Source: Saprolegnia diclina VS20
Lineage: Eukaryota
Direction: 5' to 3'
DNA length: 42,805 bases
NCBI RefSeq assembly: GCF_000281045.1
Contig: NW_008246090.1
Location: 488,608 to 531,412 of the forward strand
How positions within the stretch are numbered: position 1 is the first letter of the stretch; each line of letters begins with the position of its first letter. The notes under the pieces were generated by a model. That model did not search any database, was not told where the DNA came from, and saw only the letters and a list, made by a program, of their open reading frames with translations. Below are positions 33,451 to 42,805 of the stretch, piece by piece. The position numbers were made by a program, and so were the translations under genes.

Positions 33451-36058
33451 CTACTCGAGAATTTTGGGGTGTCCGTGCCGCGTCTCTGTCCAGCAGTCCA
33501 GCGATGGACCGCCGGTCGTCGCGCGGGGGAGCAACGACGCTGGTGCGTGGGGCAAGAGCAGCGTCACGAGCGTCTCCAAGCGCTCGATCTTGGCGTTGGT
33601 AGCTGCCATCGTCTCCATGATCGCGTTGAGTTTTTCCTCGGCGCGGACTTCATGCGGCGTCAGCTCGTCTTCATTTTGGGCCTTGAGAATCGCTTCGAGC
33701 GCTTTCGGGTCGTACATTTCCTTGATGAACTTCTCGATCGTGACGCGGTCGTCAATGTACTGGGCCGTAATGTCTTCGAATGCCGACCGCGTCAAGACGC
33801 AGAGCTCGGCAAACGTGCACGCACGCACGTTGGCCGTGCGTTTGCAATTCATCAAGAGCGAGATTTCACCAAAGTAGTCGCCTTGCGTCAGCACTTTGAG
33901 GATCTCTTCGTTGTCGTACGGCCGCGGGTCGGCCGAGAGCGGCTTGGTCACTTCGCACGTGCCACTTTGAACAAAGAACATGTCCAAGCCGATCTCGCCT
34001 TTGACAACTATGTAGTCGCCGGGCAGGTACACTTGCAGCTGGAGGCGCATGACAATTTCTTGGACGACCTTTTTGCTGCAGCGCTGAAAGACCGGTACGC
34101 TGTTGATCATGTCCATGCGCAGATAGAGCTCGACTTCGACCGACAAGTTGCGCGAGAGCTCTTTTGTGAACAAGAGCGGCTGACCATCGAGCGTGCCATG
34201 GCGCTCCCACATGACTTGGTAGTACTCGTTGATGCGGTTTTGGAGGTCGAGCGGGAGCTTCATCAAGTTCATGCTGCCGAGAAGCTTCTCCATCTACAAA
34301 ATGCATGTTTGTGACATTGTTCATAAGGGGATTGCATCGGGATCGAAGGACCCGAAACCCCAATCTTTAGTGCACAAGGTACCTTTTTTTTGTAGTTGTT
34401 TTGGTTTTCGTAGAAATTGGAAATGAGGTTGGCGACGTTGCCAAAGACGGTGGCCATGAGGACGGACCCAATCACAATGAGCATGCACGCGTAGACGTAC
34501 TCGGTCTGCGTCTGCAGCAGCGAGTTTTGGCCCATGACCGTCGTGAGCACAAAGTAAAAACCAAGTACGTAGGCGGTCGCGTTGTTGCTGCTCTCGCCAA
34601 ACATGTAGCCCGGCCAGTCGGCGCTCGTCACGTACCCACCCCAGATGCAGTTGAAGATGTGGATGAGGTACACAAAGGTGACGAGGAGCGACCCGAGCCG
34701 AATCAAATGCGCGTACCGCGAGTAGAGAAGCCAGCGTTTCCATTCTGCTGGAATCCGCAAAATGCGCAAAATGCGCACAAAGCGCGCAAGGCGAAGGAGC
34801 CGCGGGAGCCGCAGCACCTTGAGGAGCCCGAGAAGGTGGAGTTTCGTGTTGGTGGCCCCGGCGATGGTCGAGTAGACAATGATATCGATCGGAAAACACG
34901 CCAGTAAATCAAGGATAAACCTAACCACATAGTTGGTACATATTGTCCTGCAAAATATACACTTTTACCAGCCCCGAAGGTAGTGCTTCAAGATGCCGAG
35001 ACGATGGGTGATGTACGTGTTGGGCCGACCCGGGTGGGCGACCGCGCAGTTGCACGTCAAGAGCAGATCGACACCAAAGATGAGGTTGAAGGCAATGTTG
35101 GCATGGTCCTGCGTCGGCGCCGTATCGCTCGTGTCAAACGCGAGCTGGTACGGGATCATGACGCTTTGGTACAAGATGATGACCAGCGTTGACTAGAGAC
35201 AACCAGATATTTTGTGAGCGTCAAGGGAGAAGACACGTACGAGCTGCCACGCCTTGTACCACTGGTGCGTTGGCAGAATCAAATATTTTGGCTGATGCAG
35301 CAAGACAATGTCTTCTGCGGGTTTCTCCTCGGGTCGGACGACGCGGATGTTGTACTGGTGCAAGACCTTTCGGTGCCGCGACGCAATACCCGCGAGCTCC
35401 AGCTGCTGCAAATGCTTGGTTTGTCGTCGCCGCATCGAAATGACCTGCGCCTTCTTCTTGAGACGTCCGGCGATCATCGTTGTCTGGATGATGCTCAAAT
35501 GCTAGCAACATGTCATCATGAGTGATCGCAGCCCTCGTCGACGAGGACCTTGGTGCCGGCGCGGGTTGTCTCGGGGGTCATCTCGCTCGGCACGACCTTG
35601 CCACTGCGAATCGAGCCGGTCGTCGAGCCGCGTATCAAGCTCGAGTGCCGTCGCCGGTGGTTTGTCGACCCACTCTCTCGTCGAAGGGTGACGACCCGGT
35701 CGGGTGCATCTGGTACGGGCTGGACTCGATGGGACTTGATCTTGTTGTCACTGACAGGCGACGGCTGCTGTGGTCCTCGAATCGACTCGGTCGAGCTATG
35801 AAGCGCGTCTTTCGAATGCACCGACCGCAGGAGGTCCTTGAGGTGGGAGCCTTTGAGGTTGGGCGCCTTGAGCAGATCCATGGGCGTAAACCGCCCCGAC
35901 AGTTGCCGCTTCGAGTTGATCGACTTGTCGAGATAGTGCACTGGTGTCAACGACAACTTGTCCTTGGTCGACTGGCGCACGAGCGCACGGAGTGGCGGCT
36001 TGGACTCGACGAGGCTTTCGACGGTCGGGGCCATCGAGGGAAGCTTCTTTGAGGTCAT
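33451..36058 (-). CDS. CNBD-containing 6-TM cation channel, paralogue 4
   Basis: S4 KVLRLPRLLRLARFVRILRILR, pore YFVLTTVMGQN, S6 MATVFGNV, CNBD FGEISLLMNCKRTANV. Long disordered N-terminus. Confidence 0.9.
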
Positions 36059-36503
36059 TTGCGCCGCAGTCGGCGCCGCCACGGAACAGCCGCCAAGAAT
36101 ACAAGATTGAAACGGCTCGGGCGCGAAATCGTCTTTTTCAAGTTCAAATTTTGTCACAACCGCGCGAGATTTTCGGCATTGCCAGCAATTCGGTCAACAG
36201 GTGGCACGTCGATCGCGCCATGGACAAGTTCGTCGGTGGACACCAGTAGTGGAAGAGACATCTACGCATTAGAGAGAGTCCAACAGGACGTAGTCGAATG
36301 AGGCGTGAACGCTCCCAGCGTCATTTAACCCTTGCGACGGCCGGCTCAATTGGCAATTTTGGATCCAAATCACAAAATATCCATTTGCTGAATTCCGCCA
36401 ATCCTGTCGCTGCTATGCGGGATGCTACGATTTCATTGGATAAAATGCAGACTGCTGATTACGGCGATGCAGCAGCCACTTCCCTTAGTACTACTGCAGC
36501 AGC

Positions 36504-39123
36504 ATGCCACGACCAAGCGTCCTGGCGCTGGTCGTCGCCGCCCTCCTCGCATGGGCCTGCGCGCAGCCACCGCCTTGTCCGTACGATGACCTGCCGCCCA
36601 GCGTGCGCTACATCCTCGTCGCCGGGCCCATGTGCTCGCCCAATGTGACGTTTTGCGCTGTCGACACGGCGTGCAACGTGAGCTGGGTCGGCGCCACGCG
36701 GGCGTCGGTCCGTGGCGCCCAGGCCATCGGGTCGCTGCTGCCCTTTACCGGCGACTCCATGTACGTCGACTTGTGTGCGGCCACTGTCGATGCTCAGGAT
36801 GGCTGCTTCTAGGTCCATTACGGGCTCGACCATCATGCGCCTCGATCACATGCAGCTTTCGCCGCGCCTCCGCAAGCTGTAGACCGATCTGCCGCATAAG
36901 CGAGTGTGACCGCGTGTCTCTTTAGGGAGTTTATCGATACGAACGTCGAGATTCCGGCGTCCTTGCAATGGTCCCGCAACGTCACGACCCTGTCAGTGCG
37001 TCGTCGCCTCGCTTGTCTCTCATACCTGCCACATAGGTCGTTTACAAATGTGAGCATGAGTGTGATTCCCGCCAACTTGCCCAAGAGCCTCACGTCGCTG
37101 TTCGTCTTCGTCCCCCTCGCTCGCATCGACTCATATCGCTTTGTCATGCAGGACGTTTGCCAAGAATCACTTGACGTCGCTCACAAATTTGCCCAAGAAC
37201 ATTACGTCCTTGTACTAGTACAACGATACATGTATCTGAAGCTCATGATGGCGTAGGTCGCTCGTGGGCAACGATCTCACTGAAATTGTCGGTCAAAACT
37301 GGACCAAGCTCACCCAACTGTGCGTCTCGAAGCTCTTGCAGATCTGGCAATCGAATCAAATGTACAAATTAGGTCTCTCGGGGGCAACCCACTCACGACC
37401 ATCGATCGCGTGCGTCTGAGCCGAAACAACCTCCGCCTCTTGTATCCCTTGACGCTGTGTCCCGACGGCTGATGGCGCTTGTGTGTAGTGATTGCGCCGG
37501 TTGCAACATTACGGATTTCATTGTCGATGAAAACACTTTTGTCGCGCTCGACCAGCTCACGCCACTCTCAATGCGGTCGTCCGCCTCTGGTATTATCTAC
37601 TTTGGCTTCAACCTCGATGGCGGCCATATTACGGCCAACGAAACCAACTGCGCGGCGGTGGGTGGCACGGTCCAAGCGCTCTGGACCGCATCCTACGACG
37701 ACTTGCCGGCCCATTTTTATACGGTTTGCGTCTTACCAACGCGTACATTCCCATTCCATGGGCCGGAACGTCACCAAATAACAACATATCTGCGTAGCGC
37801 CGACGCCAGAGCCAACAACGGTCCCGCTGCCGACCACGGAGAGTAGTGGCGTCATCACGATCCCAGTGCAAACCGTGCTCTCCACACCGAGTCCGAGCGA
37901 GGCTGTTGTCCCGATGAACAAAACCCAAGGCTTGATCTGTACGTCAGTTCGACCAAACGGACGACGTAGACTGACGTGATAACGTTGTAGCCGTTGCGCT
38001 CGTCGGCATCGGCGCGCTCGTGTCGCTCTGTTGCGTTGGGCTTCTCGTGTGTTGCATGCACCGCCGCGACCACCTTCACGAGAGTGAGCTCTGGACGCTC
38101 AACCACACGCGGTCGACGCAGAACTCGTATGACACGCTGTCGTCGACGCAGTTCAATACATTGGACCTCTCGGGCATCCTCCTCTACCGCCTCGACAACG
38201 CCGCGGTGGTTCCCACGCGTTTACTCGCCTCCGGTGCGTTTGCCGATGTGTATCTCGGCCAGTACAAGGGCGAGCCCGTCGCCATCAAGAAGTTGCTGGG
38301 CCACCGCGTCGGGATTACCGAAGTCCAGGGCCTCGTCGACGAAATCAAGCTCATGGCGAGGTTTGTCGATTTGTTTTGATTTTTCTGATTTTTTTTCTGA
38401 TTTTTCTGATTTTCAGACTGTCTTTTCTGGTGTGCGTTGTTGAACTCATGCACGTCCTCTCTGTGTAGCTTTGACTGCCCGTATATTGTCAAGTGCCTCG
38501 GCGCGTGCTGGGACCAGCCGTCCGATATGAAGTGCGTGCTCGAGTTTATGGGCGGCGGCGACCTCCGCGACTACCTCCAGCGCTACTCGCCCGCCGAGTA
38601 CACGTGGCCGGCCAAGGTCGCGACCATGTACTGCGTGGTCGAGGCGCTCATGTACCTGCACTCGCTGCCCGTGATCCATCGGGACCTCAAGTCCCGCAAT
38701 GTGCTCTTGGACGACGTGAAAGGCGCCAAGCTCACCGACTTTGGCGTCTCCAAGGAAGACACACAGGCGACGATGACGGTGGGCGTCGGTACGTACCGCT
38801 GGATGGCGCCCGAGATCCTCCAGTTCAACCACTACACGACGGCCGCCGACATTTACTCGTTTGGGATGCTCCTCTCCGAGTTTGATACACACGACATTCC
38901 ATACGCCAACATGAAGAACGAAAAGAGTGGCAAGCCGCTCATCGACACGGCCATCATGGGCATGGTGATTGCGGGCTCGGTCAAGCCCACCTTTAGCGAC
39001 GAGATGCCCGAGTGGCTCCGGACGCTCGCGCTCCAGTGCATTGAGACCGAGCCGGAGAACCGCCCGACCGCCATGTACCTCGCAGCCGTGCTCCGGAAGC
39101 GGCTCAAGACGATGACAGAGTAG
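36504..39123 (+). CDS. LRR receptor-like transmembrane kinase (TKL group)
   Basis: Signal peptide MPRPSVLALVVAALLAWACA, Cys-rich cap, LRR exons, Thr/Pro stalk, TM VALVGIGALVSLCCVGLLVCC, kinase motifs ASGAFADVY, VAIK, HRDLKSRN, DFG, GVGTYRWMAPE, DIYSFG. Confidence 0.92.
38377..38416 (+). repeat. Intronic (TGATTTTTC)n-like short tandem repeat
   Basis: tgatttttc tgattttttttc tgatttttc tgattttc ag, inside kinase intron 38361-38468. Confidence 0.8.
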
Positions 39124-39329
39124 TTGGCAACTAAAATCCTACTGCGTCGCGGATTGCCCAGCGTTTGTTGAGAGTTGGGACACGTGCACATTGAAAAAAT
39201 AGGGCGCTTGGGATCGCGCTACTGTATGCTGACAGTAGTAGTACTAGTACTCTGCTTATTTGGCTGGTGACAATGGTGGTTGATCCGGGGCCGTCTTGCG
39301 CCCCGCGTCGCCCTACACGGCGTACTCTC

Positions 39330-39792
39330 ATCGATGCCATCCACCTCACCGGCGTCGTCCGCTTCACAAGCACCACCCACGCTACCCGCATCGATCCGAA
39401 AAGAGTCGCAGCGGCCGCATCGTTGTCCGGTGCGGGACCGTTTGAATTCGTACGTTGACGCATTTTCCCAGGCGATTGGCTCTGGATCGCTGTCGGTGCT
39501 GTTGTCCTTGCCGTCGTCAGTGGCTCCATCGGCGGCGTCGAAGTCACCGCAACTAGCCCCACACGGTACAATCCTCAGCGCCAGTCGTCCACCGCACCAG
39601 CGCCCAGAAACAAGACACGCTTTTGACCTCTCGTCAATAGCACTCGACCGCCTCGAGTCGCATGCCGGGGTATTTACACAGCGGCTGGCGTCGGGCGCCA
39701 TGGGCGACGTGTATCTCGGATTGTGCCAAGGCAGTGGCTTCGCGTTGACCCGCAAAGTCGCTCGAGTGCGATTGCGCTGTGGACGATGCTAA
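39330..39792 (+). pseudogene. Degenerate partial copy of a TM-TKL kinase gene
   Basis: FDLSSIALDRLESHAGVFTQRLASGAMGDVYLG aligns with LDLSGILLYRLDNAAVVPTRLLASGAFADVYLG of the upstream kinase. A TM-like WLWIAVGAVVLAVV lies in a different frame, and a stop follows subdomain I/II. Confidence 0.7.
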
Positions 39793-40210
39793 TGCACCTG
39801 CAGCGTGCCACGTAACACAAGTGATTTGGCTGGCAAGTGGTAACTTGAAAGAGTCAAGTAGCCTCTACGAGGTAGGAGTTCGTCGCCTAGTTGGACATTA
39901 CTAGGGAGCGTGAGGTCTATACCCTTGGTCTGCCGGTCTCCGACTATACGTTTTGTATCGAGTTGAAGGACACGGTCGATTTGCCGTCAGCGACTCTACG
40001 CTTTGGGATCGCACACGCGGAGAGCTTACAGGCTTGATAAATTGATACGAGCGCACACGGACTCTGGTACCTGTAACAATGCATTTAATGTCAAATGCGT
40101 TGTCAGAGGTGCCAACGGCGGCTTGTGATTTGCAAAAACTCGTCCCGCGAGTTGATTGGTCAAAAAGGCGAATTATCACAGTTTAAAACGAAGGAAGCGA
40201 CGACGACGAG

Positions 40211-42776
40211 ATGGCAGCGCGCGTCTTGCGGCTTGTCCTCCTGCTGCATGTAGCCGTCGCCGCGTCCAGCAAGGTGGGCGACGTCGAGGTCGAAGACTTC
40301 AGCTTTGGGCGAGGTACTGCAATGCATGGCGGCAAGCACCTATCGTGGGCGAAGCGCTGACCATCGACGCCATCATACTAGGCACTGTTCGCTCCACGAC
40401 AACCAACATTGAGATCACGACGATCGAGATTACAGGCAGCGAGCTCAAGGACCACCGCTTCTCACACAAGGTGAGAACGCCCGACCCGCCGCCAGCGTCC
40501 GCCACGCCGCCAGCAGCAGGTACATTTGCCTCGTCTCGTCGCAAGGGTTGCATGAGTGAAGATGTAGTCGAGCCCGATGCAGCAGCATTGTCAGCACACG
40601 ACAAAATAGAGCGCAGCCTCGAGGCAATGTCCAAAGACGCCAACGACCATATCGATCGTGTCGAGATTTTGACGCCCGAGCAAATGCACCGTGTGTCCAT
40701 GGCTGTTCTTAGCGCGCTTCTGCTCGGTGGCGCGCTCGTTGCCATCGCAATGTGGTTCCAACAGCAGCGCCAAACGCAGTTCGCTCTCGCCTGGCTCGCG
40801 CACGAGACCAGCCGTGACGCCATTGCGGCTGCGATGACCGGCGCGTCGGTCGAGTTTCAAGACGCCGCAGCGCTCCGCTTGCGACTGCTGGACTTTCAAC
40901 ATCAAGTCGACAAGCTTGTCGCAGCTGCCATGGCGACGACCTTTGACGACGGCTTGTGCACGTTCTCGTCGACCTCGGGCTCCCTCGGCGAGCTCTTGGC
41001 GTCGATGCAAGCAGGTCTCTGCGAAGTCAAGGCATTCACTGCCGAAGTCGAGTCGCCCGCCGATCGTGCCCTATGTGCGGCATGGCACACGGCCTTGACG
41101 TCGCATCTCGAGACGGTAGAATACCCATTCGTGTCCTGCACCGTGAATGATGTTGTTGTGACTAGCTGGGCCGCCTGCAAGCACGCATCCAGCGGACGCT
41201 CCACTCGCTCTTGGCATCGGACAACCATCGTATGCAGTGGTCGATGGACGAGCTGGAGCGTCTCTGGCAGCTCTGGAACAGCCTCGGCCTCGACGACGAG
41301 GACACGACATGGTATACGACCGCCCGCAAGGAGCTCGAAGCCCGAGCGAGCTGCGTCTCCAATCTTGAGTCACTCCTCGCCGCATTCGCAACGTCACCTG
41401 CGCTGTCGGACGACCTGCGCGAGATGCAAGAGCTCGTCGCGACAGCCCAGCGGCACAAGTGGGTCCACGAGGTCATTGCCCGTAGCGAGCGGTTCGTACA
41501 AGACACGAGCGACGAGAATGACGCACAGCTCGTCACGACGACGCACTCGTATCAAGTGTCGCGGGTTGAGCGCGAGCTCGCGGCGTTTCGCGACCACCGG
41601 GATGAGCGCATCCAGGAGTACGTGGTTCGAGATCACATGGCGCATGACGTGGCCGTGCGGCACCTTGAGCGAATGATGTTTGACTACGCGCTGCACTTGC
41701 ACAACCTCGAACACGACCACCGGCTTGAGACCCAGCGCCTAGTCGAGGTACTGTGTCCACGTGTTGTTGCATTCTTGATGTAAAACTATGTCCTGTAGCA
41801 ACGACGCTTGCACCAAGAAGTGCTCGCCCAGCGGCAACGCCAAGCGACAGAAGCAGCCCAACACCAGTGCGAACGCGACCGCATCAAGTATGCCGCCAAA
41901 CTAGAAGCCGCCGAGAAGAAAAAAGGTACATTTTGTGTTATGCATCGACGTTTGATGCGACAATTGTGGTCTAGCGGATCGAGAAGCCGAACGACAAAGG
42001 AAGCGAGAAGAGAAGCGCCAGGACGAACGCGCCAAAGAAAAGGCGCAGCTGCTGCGGGATCGATCTGTGGCCGAGTGGCGACACGTGGAGCGCTGGGCGC
42101 GCTGGAACGGCTGCCTCCTCTTGCTCTTGCTCGCCATGATCTTTTGGGAAGTCGTGTCGACGAGCGGCGTGTACTTCTCGCCGGCCTGCGACAACGATGC
42201 ATCGTACTGGTCGCCGTTCTCGACCACGTCGCGGTACGTCTCCATGTAGAACCCTCTCGAGGTAAAGCTCATAGTACGTTTAGCTGGAGCTGCCAACTCG
42301 TGTACGGTCTCAAGGTGGCCGGTGGTCTCATTGGCATTCTTGCGGCGCTCACGGGATTTGCGTACTTGAACTTGCCGTCGCTCGGGCTCGGGCTGCTCTG
42401 CTCCCTTGCTCTCTACGTGTTTCGGTACGGTGCGGATAGGGTTACCGCCGGTTTCTAACGAATGGACTAGGCAAGTGTGGCGGGAGATGCTCGTCCATTG
42501 GCGATATATGCTCGGGCTCGCACTCGGGCATTACGTTGTCGGTCTCGCGCTCGGCCGAGGTCGGTTGCCGCGTGGTTGTGAGTTTTATACGGAATATGCT
42601 GTGTAGACCGGCGGCTGGCGTGGCGGATCGGCGGCTACAACGTCCGTCCGCTGCTTGTTTATTTGATCTATCCGCTGGTGTCGTGTGCCCTGACGATCGC
42701 AGTCGGCGTTGCATCGTGTCCGCTGCCCGATGTATGCTTGGACCGAAGTCTCTTTTTGGTCCAACTGCTGTTATAA
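40211..42776 (+). CDS. Hypothetical membrane protein: signal peptide, TM, long coiled coil, C-terminal multi-TM region
   Basis: MAARVLRLVLLLHVAVAAS signal-like start, TM VLSALLLGGALVAIAMWF, charged helical exons (41211-41930), hydrophobic C-terminal exons (WNGCLLLLLLAMIFW, GLIGILAALTGF, LLVYLIYPLVSCALTIAVG) joined by short GT-AG introns. Exon structure is approximate. Confidence 0.6.
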
Positions 42777-42805
42777 AATGTGCAATTACGAGAGAGATAG
42801 GGGCA

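Noticed and set aside
1..36058. A single cyclic-nucleotide signalling locus linking the GAF proteins with the CNBD channels
   Set aside because: They are more than 20 kb apart with many unrelated genes between. The GAFs are not evidently the PDE-type cNMP-binding subtype, and no cyclase or phosphodiesterase is present.
39800..40200. Short ORF 39901-40179 and neighbouring sequence
   Set aside because: Lower GC, no coding-like bias or motifs, and a TGATTGG box near 40153. Better explained as the promoter region of the downstream gene.
1..42805. Prokaryotic features (CRISPR array, operons, IS elements), rRNA/tRNA genes or intact transposons
   Set aside because: The DNA is intron-containing and eukaryotic. 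I saw no repeat-spacer array, transposase or RT ORF, terminal repeats or recognisable structural RNA. A covariance-model search would be needed to exclude small ncRNAs.

Overview
Gene-dense eukaryotic DNA: high GC, GT-AG introns mostly about 44-55 bp, and very short intergenic spaces. Gene content and architecture point to an oomycete, probably Saprolegniales (inferred, not database-checked). I can support 18 protein-coding genes, most of them spliced and therefore fragmented in the ORF track. In order they are: two FYVE+GAF paralogues, VPS34 (interrupted by a 340-N gap), a TPR+J-domain co-chaperone, a C2CD3 homologue, an Aat/ATEL1-type aminoacyl-tRNA-protein transferase, a RasGEF, mitochondrial MetRS, a small acidic protein, aminoacylase-1, two patatin-like phospholipases, four cyclic-nucleotide-binding-domain (CNBD) ion-channel paralogues, an LRR-TM-TKL receptor kinase and an unknown coiled-coil membrane protein. 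A decayed partial copy of the kinase and a possible small unannotated gene are also present. The strongest candidate for an undescribed system is the four-channel array. All four replace the K+ G(Y/F)G filter with a shortened GQN/GQS loop, they differ in S4 charge, and one lacks the cNMP-binding Arg. Also notable are the head-to-head pairing of the PI3P-making kinase VPS34 with PI3P-reading FYVE-GAF genes, and two convergent gene pairs that share a TTAA stop. Exon boundaries were read by eye and start codons are best guesses.
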